DNA of 63,075 nucleotides, filler included, from Octopus bimaculoides (Eukaryota): the NCBI RefSeq assembly GCF_001194135.2. It is 5 parts of 5 records of this genome, joined end to end, with 100 filler letters (N's around TTAATTAATTAA, not from the genome) between each part and the next. Parts side by side here need not be neighbours in the genome. Positions count along the whole stretch, not along the records: positions 1 to 31,077 come from NC_069009.1; 4 more parts are not named here. One strand, 5' to 3'. Below the pieces are notes generated by a model that had not been told where the DNA came from, searched no databases, and saw only the letters and a program-made list of their open reading frames with translations. Below, piece after piece: positions 11,470-23,426 of the stretch (position 1 is the stretch's first letter; each line of letters starts with the position of its first letter). The translations under genes and the position numbers were made by a program.

Positions 11470-12800
11470 TTTGATAATAGATTTAGGCCCGATGTTTGAA
11501 GGTGAATATTATACTGCTGTGTTCATTGAGACAGTCTATGGATTGCAAAATAGCCATGACCTCAGCTATGTAGAGATCACGCTTATTATCATGACCACTG
11601 TAAGGTTTGGCGTGGGTATGGACCATTTGAGAGTGTAAGGGGTTGACTCAATCGTTAGTTGACTGATAAGTTGAGATAACGATGTACTGATAGATTTTGT
11701 ATGGGATTTGAAGCTATTTGAGTAGTGACTGCTCACCTTAGCTTTGAAGGTGGTGCTGCGTGAATCAGTGTAAAGGTAGTTACAATTGTTGGTTGATACT
11801 GTGCACTTATAAACTATATATTTAGTGAGACAGTGGTTATCTAAAGGACAAGAGGTTGGCCACCTGAAGCTGCATAGGTTTGTAGGGGGTGTTCTGGATG
11901 GGATTGTTATTTAGTGAGGAATTGGTGATTAGTTCTTCATTATAGTTGGTGCTGAGGTTATCAATTATTAAGGGGTTGAGGATGGTGTTGTTGAGAGGTA
12001 TGATATGATAATTATTGTGTCCGTTGGTATCTTCTATGGCAGTGGTTCCCAGACTATGAGCCGCGACCCACTGATGGGTCGTGAACGGAATCCTAGTGGG
12101 TCGCAAAAAGTTATAAAATTACGCATTAGCTTTGATTAACTGCTGTCTATTGAGATAGTTCAAGACTCATGTTTTCAATACCAGACTGGTATTGAAAACG
12201 ACCTTTAACACCCGAAAATTGGTACAGTTCTGGGTGTCTCTTCAAACCCCATACCCAATCATTTCCACCGAAACATTAAAAGTACTTCTCCCTTTCGCGT
12301 CATCTTATAATTGTGAAGCTGAATTTTCAGCAATGGTTGAGATTAAAAGCAAATTTCGAAATAAACTGCAGCTCTCAAATTCTTTACGGCTGAAACTATC
12401 ACGCATTGAACCTGATGTTAATTCTATTAGTGAGTGTAGCAAGAAGCAGGCTCATCCTTCTCACAGGCCTCAATGAAAATGTAATCTGAAATAAATTTGT
12501 TTCTTTCATTAATGTTTTGACCCAGTTGAGTTAAGTGGGTCACCATAAACTGGTGTCATAAATAGTGGGTCACGTCTGTAAAAAGTTTGGGAACCACTGC
12601 TCTATGGTATTCTCTATTATGGCAGGCAGTGTATGTGGTGGTTGTGGTAAATTTAAGGTTTGGGTGGTAGCAGTTGCTCTGTAGTTGTAGTTATGAGGGT
12701 TTGTTTTGTTATGGGGTTCAGTTGGTGTATTGGGTTTATATGTATGGTGCTGGGGCTTATGTTGAATTAGTTTACTTGGGCGGGGGTTAGCCATTAGTGC
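11470..12800 (-). mobile_element. Decayed Penelope-like element fragment (GIY-YIG endonuclease plus low-complexity linker), interrupted by a hAT MITE
   Basis: Minus strand 11875-11484 reads CSFRWPTSCPLDNHCLTKYIVYKCTV...TTFKAKVSSH..SF...STSLSQLISQL...YTLKWSI, then after a frameshift HAKPYSG...AEVMAIL...KHR. This matches the PLE pattern CxC..CPL..CL..VVY / FKxR..H..SF / LS..IW.L / W.I / PY. Confidence 0.75.
12040..12599 (+). mobile_element. Non-autonomous hAT (Buster/Charlie-type) element with remnant C-terminal dimerisation domain
   Basis: TIRs CAGTGGTTCCCA / TGGGAACCACTG; 8-bp TSD ttcTAtgg / ctcTAtgg (7 of 8 match, central TA). ORF 12192-12476 contains FWVSL..YP...LLPFASSYNCEAEFSAM..IKSKFRNKL...LRLKLS.IEPD...QAHPSH. 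Confidence 0.9.
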
Positions 12801-12814
12801 ATTTTGAAGTTTCT

Positions 12815-12873
<59 letters not shown>

Positions 12874-12917
12874 GTATTTTTGTATGTGTGGAAAATGAAT
12901 CCAATTATTGACTAGAA

Positions 12918-13481
12918 ATGTTTATTCCAACCAGAGGTACGCATGTACCAACGCAAACCAGAATTAGAACGAAGATTAAGTGTAGCTCAAGGGTGGATTT
13001 CCTGTCTACCCCAAAGAAACTCCACAAAGATTTTCAAGGACCAAAATCACTTCCTATTAAAGTAAGTCACGCAGCTAAACGTGCAGTTGCATCATGTCGA
13101 ATCGCTGAACTTTCCATTCCAGTAGCACGAAAGGTAACGCCCAAATTTGATAGAGAGAGACCCATAAATTTTCGGCACCGTCGCCGTATTAGTTCAGTTA
13201 GTTCAAGGCTGGAGAAGTTAGCACTTAGCAAGCCACTACATCCAGATTTTGTACCTTGGCAACCAGCCCAAAGGCCCATTAGCAAAGCGATGCTGAATGT
13301 AGCTCCTTCTCAAAGACTTACGGAACTAAGTAAACCAATTATTCGGAAAACGAATCATATAATCTACAACCCTTTCCAAGTGAATCCAGCTACGCAGTCT
13401 GTAAAACCTACCGAGCGAATATTAAATCTAGCAAAACCAAGAAAGTTGCCTCCTAAGGCTGGTTTGAGATTTGCAAGATAA
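12918..13481 (+). CDS. THEG: THEG/SPMAP2-like (testicular haploid expressed repeat) protein, single uninterrupted 187-aa ORF
   Basis: Five repeats of the THEG-type motif [S/T]xRxxxL[S/A]xP[K/R]: SSRVDFLSTPKKLHKDF, SCRIAELSIPVARK, SSRLEKLALSKPLHPDF, SQRLTELSKPIIRK, TERILNLAKPRKLPP. Basic, Pro-rich composition. Family-level recognition only; orthology (THEG vs THEGL) not established. Confidence 0.72.
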   Translation: MFIPTRGTHVPTQTRIRTKIKCSSRVDFLSTPKKLHKDFQGPKSLPIKVSHAAKRAVASCRIAELSIPVARKVTPKFDRERPINFRHRRRISSVSSRLEKLALSKPLHPDFVPWQPAQRPISKAMLNVAPSQRLTELSKPIIRKTNHIIYNPFQVNPATQSVKPTERILNLAKPRKLPPKAGLRFAR

Positions 13482-13775
13482 ATTTATCGAGGTCCTCATT
13501 GTGTTTCATTAAGTCCAAAACTGGAGACAATTGCACTTAGTAAGTTTTTGCAGCTGGACTTCATACCTGAGTAACTCGTCCAAAGACCTACCAGCAGACC
13601 AATATCGAATGTTATTTATTTCACAGGAACTTGTCGACTTGAGTAAACTATATCTTTGGGAAAATGAAGTCAATAACTTATGACCTGGTGAATCCAGCTA
13701 CGCAGATGGTAAATGTCACTGAGTGAATATTGACACTAGGAAAACCAAAGAGGTTGAATGCTAAGGTCACTTTTT
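13482..13775 (+). pseudogene. Decayed tandem copy of the last two THEG repeats of the ORF
   Basis: In frame after the TAA: IYRGPHCVSLSPKLETIALSKFLQLDFIPE* aligns to VSSRLEKLALSKPLHPDFVPW. Further on, VNPATQMVNVTE*ILTLGKPKRLNAK aligns to VNPATQSVKPTERILNLAKPRKLPPK. The 18-mer gtgaatccagctacgcag occurs at both 13380 and 13688. Confidence 0.8.
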
Positions 13776-13899
13776 GAATTTTGTCAAGGCCCTTTTGAAA
13801 TTCATTTGTTAATCATTGTATATTGATCCAAGCAAAACCCCAAAAATCTTTCACTAAGGTTTTTTTCCAATCTTTTTAATATTCAATTTTTGATTGGTG

Positions 13900-16350
13900 A
13901 ATATAGGAGCTAGCAAAATATTGGTGCTAGCCAATAAAAGAATGCTCTAAAAGAATCAGTTCCAACCTTTTTACCCATTAATGTTTTAACTGACCATATC
14001 TGGTCCAAATATTCTACCTGTTTTCTGTTCAAACTAGCCAGATTCAGCCTCTCACACCTACTCTACAATGTTGTTCTAAAAATGAACAATCACATCATTG
14101 AAATCTCAAAGCTACGAGATAATGCAAGATTACTTCCAAATAGTTTGAATAAGTAAGCTTTACATGCTGAAGGGCTAAATTGGTCACATTTCTTAATCTT
14201 TTGAGAACTGCCTTTAGTGAAACCAAGCCTCAAAGAAATCCACTGCTAAGATCACTGTCGATGTTTAATCGCCTTTATGAAGATATTTTAAGTTTTTATT
14301 GAATACTAGCACCAGCAGAATCAAAGAAGAATCCATCATTACAATCACTTTTGAAACTTCTATGAGTTTGTGTCGTTATTCATGTTTTCATTCTTGATTA
14401 TTGCCACTATTGAAATCAAACATCAAAGATTTCTCTGCGCCTTTTCAAGTGTCACCTCTCTGTTGGCATTTTTATTTCATGCCTAGAATATTGATGGCTG
14501 AGAAAACCAAAGATATCCTTCGCTAAGATCACTATTTAAGTCTTGTCTTTTCTATGAAAATATATGTTTTACATATTGAATACTTCACCTCAGTGGAACC
14601 AAAGAAAGTCACCATTGTGACCAGTTTTTAAACTTTGACAATTCTCTATCACCATTCACGTTGAAATCCTTCATTATTGGCATTTGTGGAACCGACCACT
14701 AAAACCTCCATTTCTCTGACCATTTTGAAGTTTCGTCTCCTCTCTGTTGATAATTATGTTTAAGCCTAGAATATTGGCACTTGAGAAAACCTAAGACATC
14801 TAAGATCACTGTTTAAATTTCGTTACTCTATGGAAATATTTCCTGTTTTGTATATTGAATTTTCGGTACCAGCAGAACCAAAGGAACCACCATTGCAATG
14901 ACTTTTTAAGCCCCTGATGACACTAAATCTCTATTATATTTTAATCACTCAGTGTTGGCACTAATGAAACCAACCTCCAAAGATATCCATTGCTCTTCAG
15001 AGCATTTTGAGATTTTATCTCTTCTAAGTTGATAGTTATGTCTGAAGCCTAGAATATTGGCGCTTGAGAAAACCTAAGACGCCTTTATCTAAGATCATTG
15101 TTTAAATTTCGTCACTGTATGAAAATATTCTTGTTTTGCTTATTGAATATTCATCACTGGCAGAACCAAAGACACCATCATTGGAATCACTTTTAAAATG
15201 ACAATGACACTTTGTCACTGTTCAAATTTTAATCCTTGAATGAAACCAAGCACCCAAGATATCCATTGCTCTGATCATTTTGAAATTCCATCTCGTTTAT
15301 GTTCATAGACATGTTTATATTTCAAGTTTGGAATATTGGTGCCAATAGAACCATAAACACACCATCGTGAAAATGATTTTTTAAAAATTGTATTACTTCT
15401 GCATGGACTTACATATTTGAAATTTTGGAAGAATAATGATGAACGAAACAATGGCAGTAGCAAAACCAAAGATATACCAAAATGAATATTCTAAAGAATT
15501 TTATTGTTTCTGTTGGAAGATGCATCTTTGAAAATTTGAAAATACAATGATATAATTGAAATATTGGTACTAGCAAAACCGAAGATATACCATTGTGAAT
15601 ATTATATTTAGAAATATTGTTTTTATACAGACATTGATATTGAATATTTACAAGAACAACAATAAGAGAGCAGCCAAAGATAGAACAATGTGAAGATTAT
15701 TTTCAAGAATTTCAATACATCTTTTGGAGCATATGTATTTGAAACTTTGAAACGGCAATATGATATACAAAATATTGGTACTTGTAAAACCAGAGATATA
15801 TCATTGTGAATATCATTTTTAAAAATCTTGGTTTTTTTTAAAGATATTCCTATTAGAATTCTGGAATTCTGCAAAAACAATGACAAATATACTATTAATT
15901 TTAGCCCTATCAAAAATTCACCAATGTAAAGGTAATTTTGAAGAATTTCATTGCTTCTATTAGGAACAGTCATGTGAAATTTTAGAAGGACAATAGTGGA
16001 CCAAATATAGGTGCCAGTAGGACCAAAAATATACCATCATGTAGAAATTTATATATACTATCATGTAGAAATATACCATCATGTTTGAAATTTTGAAAGG
16101 ATGATGAAGAATAAATTGGCACCAGCAGAACCAAAGACATGCCACAATGAAGATTATTTTTTAAAGAATTCTTGGCTCTTATAGGAACATTCATGTTTGA
16201 AATTTGGAAGGACAATGATGAATAAAATATTGGCTCTGACAGAACCAAAGACATACTGTCGAGAAGATCATTTTTGAAAATTTAATTGGCTCTCAATGTG
16301 TATTTGTGTTTGAAATCTTTAAAAGATTGCAAGAAAATGGTACTAGCCAA
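13900..16350 (+). repeat. Degenerate tandem array (about 283-bp higher-order unit, about 70-110-bp subunits) built on an ATATTGG...A(A/G)AACCAAAG motif
   Basis: Motif starts at 13918, 14488, 14771, 15054, 15333, 15561, 15772 and 16227; spacings 283, 283 and 279 in the central part. The motif translates as (P)RIL(A/V)L(A/x)KPK. Confidence 0.75.
13970..14177. mobile_element. Probable TTAA-type (piggyBac-like) MITE inserted in the THEG-derived array
   Basis: Bounded by ttaccc... and ...tgctgaagggctaa; unrelated to the flanking array units. Ends are degenerate and classification is inferred. Confidence 0.4.
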
Positions 16351-16960
16351 AAGAATAATAAATAATGAATAAAAACCATCACTATGATTAATGTTTTAAA
16401 TTTAATTTCTTCCATTTTGATTTCATGTTTGATGTTGTGAAGAATATTTGTGCTTTTTATCTTTTTTTTTTTCCTTTTTTACTGTTTTTTTTTCTCTTTT
16501 TGCCAAATGTATGCATGGATAAGAATTTCAGAAAAAAAAGGAATGGAACAAAAGTAAAAAAAAAGTGCAAACAAAAAAGCATGAAAGAACAAAAAGACAG
16601 TATAAGACTTAATTATGCAGCAGACAAGCATTTCGTAATCTTTTTGATGTTTTGCTGCCATGCTGTAGATGAAATGGCAAGTTGCTGACATAACTCAGAT
16701 GTAAAGTTAAAATAAGAGAAATTAATGTTTTAAAGTTAAGATACAGAAATCTTTGGATTGTCTTTTTAATTTTACTTCTCTTTTCATTTTATGGTTATAA
16801 ACAAATTAACTATTGTACATGTATATAATTAAAATTATATACAACACGCTCATATATCTTTTAAGAAAGTCTGGAAACATTTTTGATTTTTGCAGTGGAA
16901 TCTAGATAACTTCTTAAATACTTTTCATACTCCAGTGTATCATTGTACATTGGTCTTTCA

Positions 16961-18020
16961 GTCTATCTGTCCACTCAACATCTACACACTGTGTCTATCT
17001 GTCCACTCAACATCTACACACTGTGTCTATCTGTCCACTCAACATCTACACACTGTGTCTATCTGTCCACTNNNNNNNNNNACTCAACATCTACACACTG
17101 TGTCTATCTGTCCACTCAACATCTACACACTGTGTCTATCTGTCCACTCAACATCTACACACTGTGTCTATCTGTCCACTCAACATCTACACCCTGTGTC
17201 TATCTGTCCACAAAACATCTACACCCTGTGTCTATCTGTCCACTCAACATCTACACACTGTGTCTATCTGTCCACTCAACATCTACACACTGTGTCTATC
17301 TGTCCACAAAACATCTACACACTGTGTCTATCTGTCCATTCAGCATATATTCAGTGTGTCTAACTCTCCACTCAACATCTACACAGTCTGTCCACTCAAT
17401 ATCTACGCAGTGTGTCTAACTGTCCACTCAACATCTATACAGTGTCTCTCTGTCCCCTTAATATCTACACACTGTGTCTATCTATGCACTCAATATTTAC
17501 ACACTGTCTCTCTCTGTCCACTCAACATCTGCACAGTGTGTCTATCTGTCCACTCAATATCTACTCACTGTGTCTATTTGTCAACTCAACATCTATACAG
17601 TGTCTCTCTGTCCCCTTAATATCTACACACTGTGTCTATCTATGCACTCAATATCTACACAATGTGTCTATCTGTCCACTCAATATCTACTCACTGTGTC
17701 TATTTGTCCACTCAACATCTACACACTGTGTCTATCTATGCATTCAATATCTACACAATGTGTCTATCTGTCCACTCAATATCTACTCACTGTGTCTATC
17801 TGTCCACTCAAGATCTACACCTTGTGTCTATCTGTCCACTCAACATCTACACACTGTGTCTATTTGTCCACTCAACATCTACACACTGTGTCTATTTGTC
17901 CACTCAACATCTACACACTGTGTCTCTCTGTCCACTCAACATCTACACACTGTGTCTATCTCTCCACTCGACACCTACTCACTGTGTCTATCTGTCCACT
18001 CAACATCTACACACTGTGTC
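16961..18020. repeat. 32-bp minisatellite, about 33 units
   Basis: Unit actcaacatctacacactgtgtctatctgtcc; this explains the periodic STQHLHTVSICPLNIYTLCLSVHSTSTHCVYL ORFs. Confidence 0.95.
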
Positions 18021-19337
18021 TTTCTACATATTCTGTGTGTGTACAATGAAGATCTCCTCACTGTTCATTTGTTCCTGTCCAATAAACATCTTCCCTCTAT
18101 GCCATAAACATTGTCATTCATTCCCAAAATACCTGATTCCCTTTTCTCATCCTCTGTATCTAATATGTTAATTGGAANNNNNNNNNNNNNNNNNNNNNNN
18201 NNNNNNNNNNNNNNNNTCTGTCCACTCAACATCTACACACTGTGTCTATTTGTCCACTCAACATCTACACACTGTGTCTCTCTGTCCACTCAACATCTAC
18301 ACACTGTGTCTATCTCTCCACTCGACACCTACTCACTGTGTCTATCTGTCCACTCAACATCTACACACTGTGTCTTTCTACATATTCTGTGTGTGTACAA
18401 TGAAGATCTCCTCACTGTTCATTTGTTCCTGTCCAATAAACATCTTCCCTCTATGCCATAAACATTGTCATTCATTCCCAAAATACCTGATTCCCTTTTC
18501 TCATCCTCTGTATCTAATATGTTAATTGGAAAACACATCATACCTTTCTCCTGTCTACTAACTGCCCAGGGCAAAAATGCTATATGACAGTTGAAATTAT
18601 CAGTTTTATCGTAATTACTCTCTGTGACCTTTTGACTTTTGCAAGCCAATTTAACATCTAAATAGTGAACTTTATATGCCATGTTTCCATTTCTGTTTTT
18701 CTTGGATAGTTCCTACTAGGATGGGCATCCAGCTCTAAAAAACTTGCCAAAGTGACCTTGCCCATGCTGGTGCCACATAAAAAGCGCTCAGCTTACTCTG
18801 CAGTATGTTTGGTGTTAGGAAGGGCATCCAGCCATAAAGGCCATATGGAAGCAGACACAGACATCTGGTGCAATCGTCTACCTGGCCAGCACCTGTCAAA
18901 CCGTCCAACCCATGCCAGCATGGAAGGCAGATGTTAAATGACGGTGACGTTGATATGGGTGTGTGTGTTTGTGGTAGGAAGTGTGTTTCCCATGCACAAG
19001 CTATTAGGTTCAGTCCCACTGCGTGGCACCTTGAGCAAGCGTCTTCTATTTTAGCCCCTGGCCAATGAAAGCCTTGTGAGTGGATTTGCTTGACAGAAAC
19101 TGGAAAGAGCTTGTGTATGTGTGTGTATTCTTTTTGTGTTTGACTGTGGCCATGCTGGAGCACCGCCTTTAATCAAGCAAATTGATCCCAGGACTTATTC
19201 TTTGTAAGCCTAGTACTTATTCTATCGGTCTTTTTTGCCAAATCACTAAGCTATGGTGTCATAAATACACCAACATCGGTTGTGAAGCGATTGTGGGGTG
19301 ACAAACACAGACACACAAACATATACACACACATACG

Positions 19338-19382
<45 letters not shown>

Positions 19383-19447
19383 TGATAGAAAAGGTAAGAC
19401 AACAAAAGAAAGAAAGAGACCTCTCTATTATGTAAATAGAGGAATTT

Positions 19448-19600
19448 ATCTGTAAATAATATGTGACAATTATTCGGTAGCCATGATAAAACTCCNNNNN
19501 NNNNNAGATAACTGAAGAGATGGCGGCATGGGTTTCCGCCCCGACATACGAAACTCAGAGTTTTATCATGGCTACCGAATAATTGTCACATATTATTTAC

Positions 19601-19606
<6 letters not shown>
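19448..19606. mobile_element. Fold-back element family B (47-bp perfect inverted arms) with a hammerhead motif
   Basis: atctgtaaat...gataaaactc (19448-19494) is the exact inverse of 19560-19606; there is a 10-N gap inside. Confidence 0.7.
19507..19567 (+). ncRNA. Candidate minimal type-I hammerhead ribozyme (family B)
   Basis: Stem I GATAA/TTATC; core CTGAAGA 19512-19518; stem II closed by G19519:C19549 with ggcgg/ccgcc; GAAA 19550-19553; helix III CTC-a-GAG; U16.1 at 19561, H17=U at 19562. Confidence 0.55.
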
Positions 19607-19641
<35 letters not shown>

Positions 19642-19808
19642 TACATACGACGGACTTCTTTCAGTTTCTGTCTACCAAATCCACTCACAAGGCTTTGGTC
19701 GGTCTGAAGCTATAGAAGAAGACACTTGCCTAAGGTGCTACGCGGTTGGACTGAACCAAGAACCATGTGGTTGGGAAGCTAGATTCTTACTACAAAGCCA
19801 CTCTTGCA

Positions 19809-19844
<36 letters not shown>

Positions 19845-20644
19845 TGTGTTTGTGTTTGTCCCACCTCCACCGCAACCACACGAGAACTAGGGTTCATATG
19901 TTTATCTATCCTTGACTTAGCAGTTCAGCATAAGAGACTGATGGAATGAGTACCAGGCTTAAAAATAAGTAGTTGGGTTGATGCATTCAACTGAAGTTCT
20001 TTAGGGTAGTGCCCCAGCATGGCTACTGTCTAATAACTGAAACAAAGATGAAAAAAATAAATAGTTAAGTATAGATATGTACATGTGGCTGTGTGGTTGA
20101 GAAGCTTGTTTCCCAACCATGTGGTCTTGTGTTCAATCCCACTGCATGGCACCTTGGGCAAATATCTTCAACTAAAGCCTTGTAAGTGAATTTGGTTGAA
20201 GGAAACTGAAAGAAGCCTGTCAAGGATATCATCATCACTGTTTAACTTCCACCTTCCATGCTGGCATGGGTTGAATGGTTTGACAGGAGCCAGCCAGGCA
20301 CCATATTTCTGTGTCAGTTTTGGCAGGGTTTTTACGGCTGGATGCCCTTCCTAACTCTAACCACCCTGCAGAGTGGACTGAGTCCTTTTTACATGGCACC
20401 AGCACAGGTGAAGTCAGTTTTGGCAATGTTTTTTTTACAACTGGATACCCTTCCAAATTCCAGACACTTTACAGTGTGGACTTGATGATTTTTACACAGC
20501 ACCAATACTGGCAGGGTCACCAAGTAACTTGCGAGACAAATATCCTTTGAGATAGGAGGGGGCATTGGAGGGGGTTATCTTGTGTCAGATGAGGAAAGGT
20601 TAGAGTGTGAGTTTGTGTCTGTTTGTGTTGTGTTTTTCTCTCAC

Positions 20645-21483
20645 CACTGGATGGATGAACTCTGCTATAGAAAGCTATGCATGTTTCAGTAAGATTCAGT
20701 AGCGTACCCCAAATCTACATAACTCAAGAATGGATGTCAGTCAATATTTATGACCATGTAGCACTAAACTTGTGACCTCTAAACTTGCCAAATGCAAAGC
20801 CCATGTGCTACCACTGGGATAGGAGCCTTGGTGAAAAAAAACTAATTAACATCTTTGCTATATTGTGGCTCCATTGAAGGCAGCCATCATCCAGGTGATG
20901 TCCGAAACGAATAAGGGTTATATAGGTTTGGGGGAAGGTACTGAACCTTATTAAAACGTGTAGGCTTCCACTGCATACTTCATCCTTCTAGGGGGTAGGG
21001 ACAAACACAGCACAAAGAGGCATACACTCACACACACTAACACATCATCATCATCATCATCATCATTTAACATCTTATTTCTTTATTGCCCACAAGGGGA
21101 CAAACAAGGACAGACAAAGGGATTAAGTCGATTACATCGACCCCAGTGCATAACTGTTACTTTATTTATCGACCCCGAAAGGATGAAAGGCAAAGTCGAC
21201 TTCGGCGGAATTTGAACTCAGAACGTAACAGCAGACAAAATACCGCTAAGCATTTTGCCCGGCGTGCTAACGATTCTACCAGCTTGCTGCCATTATTTGA
21301 CATCTGTTGTCTATGCTGGCATGGGTTGGATGGTTTGATTATGGCTCGTGAGCTGAGGGGCTGTGCCAGACTCCAGTCTTCTTTCAGTTTCCATCAACTA
21401 TATTCACTCACGAGGCAAGCATTTCAGTGATTCTGGTCCTGCGTTGAATCGGTCATCAAAGCTGAAGGCAGATTCATAGAATA
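20645..21483 (+). mobile_element. Old maT (DD37D) fragment split by SINE/microsatellite insertions
   Basis: MFQ*DS...TQEWMSVNIYDHVALNL*PLNLPNAKPMCYHW (about 20680-20815), PLKAAIIQVMSETNK (about 20870-20910), and AFQ*FWSCVESVIKAEGRFIE* (21416-21483), the typical C-terminus. Confidence 0.6.
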
Positions 21484-22351
21484 ATCTTAGAAGGAAAGCT
21501 TATTGGGAATAAGGAGTAGAGTGGAGTAAAGTACGAGAGAAAAGGGCTGGAGAAGAATGGTTTTGTTGCTGTAGAGAGAGGACATGACTACTCACATTTT
21601 AGAAGAGATTTTAAAATTTACTAAAACTCTGAGTTGAAACCCTGACAGGCTGGAAGCTACATTTCATTCTGCTGTAGATGGATAGCCAAACTAATTAATT
21701 TTAACTTGTATCTAAAAACAATTTTTATTCAGAAATGATTAATAGCAACAGAAGCAGTATTAATACCAAATGGCAATATTTATATCCAACTAAATGTGGA
21801 GGTCCTGCTAGAACACAAAGTACTGCATTATTTACTTTGAGAGGGTCTCTCATAAGGACTTGTGGTGCTTAAAAGCAGTCGTAATTATATTGTTGGCAGA
21901 AGAGAATTTTTTGCTACGGCCACCAGAACTTCCGGATCCCATGATTTTACTCTGCTGTGGGTTCCTCAGTGACAGATGTCCAGCAGTGTGATAACAGTCA
22001 GATTTCTCATCAACGACGTATAGAATATCAATGCCTATTCAAGCCTTTAGTGAAATAATTTTGTCCTTATTAAGCTGATGTTTGGGACATAAATTAAAAC
22101 GAAATTTTGATGGAAGTTTTTTATTTAGATCACTTTAACCCTTTTGTTACCATACTGTGTGCTCATGGGTGCTGGAGACATGTAAAAAGTACCCATACTA
22201 GGAGTGGCTGTGTGGTAAGTAGCTTGCTTACCAACCACGTGGTTCTGGGTTCAGTCCCATTGTGTGGGACCTTGGGCAAGTGTTTTCTTCTACAGCCTTG
22301 GGCTGATCAAAACCTTGTGAGTGGATTTGGTAGACAGAAACTGAAAGTAGC

Positions 22352-22387
<36 letters not shown>

Positions 22388-23304
22388 NNNNNNNNNNNNN
22401 NNNNNNNNNNNNNNNNNNNNNNNNNNNNNNNNNNNNNNNNNNNNNNNNNNNNNNNNNNNNNNNNNNNNNNNNNNNNNNNNNNNNNNNNNNNNNNNNNNNN
22501 NNNNNNNNNNNNNNNNNNNNNNNNNNNNNNNNNNNNNNNNNNNNNNNNNNNNNNNNNNNNNNNNNNNNNNNNNNNNNNNNNNNNNNNNNNNNNNNNNNNN
22601 NNNNNNNNNNNNNNNNNNNNNNNNNNNNNNNNNNNNNNNNNNNNNNNNNNNNNNNNNNNNNNNNNNNNNNNNNNNNNNNNNNNNNNNNNNNNNNNNNNNN
22701 NNNNNNNNNNNNNNNNNNNNNNNNNNNNNNNNNNNNNNNNNNNNNNNNNNNNNNNNNNNNNNNNNNNNNNNNNNNNNNNNNNNNNNNNNNNNNNNNNNNN
22801 NNNNNNNNNAGATATAGGTAATTTCAATTTAGAGGAAGGTAGATTAAGTAGTAATGGACAGCAGGTTAGGGGTAAATCAAGCAAGAGAGAAAAAGAATAA
22901 AGAGATAAGAAAAAAAGGTAAAATATATATATATATATATATATATAGATAGATATAGAAATGAAAATGGAAGGACAATACCCAAAGGAGTGGCTAGAGG
23001 AAATTTAAGGTAAAGGAATTTAGGTCAAGATATTGGAGAATTATTAAGAATATATCTATTGGTCAGTATATTTATAATAATACAACAAAACACTAAAGTA
23101 CTAAATTTAAAACCAAGGAGAACATTAATAGTTAAATTAGAACAAGACAAACATTTATAGTTAAAATAAGATATACATTAATGTGGGGTAGTAGAAGAGA
23201 GATATTATTTATAAGAAAAACCATAATATCAATGGCCAAAAATGAATAAAAAAAAATAAAATCCGTTAGTAAACAGTTTATAGCATAGACTCCATCTAAG
23301 AAAA

Positions 23305-23426
23305 TCTGAAGAAGGAATTGTATTCCGAAATATCATCGGACTATGGATAACTAAATTACAACAGGTATATAGTCCATTGTTTGTATTATAATGCATTGTT
23401 GTACCATTCAAGACTTTTTATTCTTT
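23305..23426 (+). mobile_element. Family A element, 5'-truncated at the hammerhead core
   Basis: CTGAAGA 23306-23312, A, GGAAT-tgt-ATTCC stem II, GAAA 23327-23330, followed by an arm nearly identical to the 3804-4010 arms. Confidence 0.7.

Noticed and set aside
16890-18525. Cys/His-rich repetitive ORFs
   Set aside because: All three plus-strand frames give the same cyclic peptide from a 32-bp minisatellite; no evidence of coding.
18217-18537. Apparent tandem duplication of about 17860-18177
   Set aside because: Essentially identical copies directly flank a small gap; likely unmerged contig overlap.
21412-21485. Apparent minus-strand exon (LFYESAFSFDDRFNAGPESLKCLP) with AG and GTGAGT
   Set aside because: The plus strand is a maT transposase C-terminus and the donor comes from a SINE.
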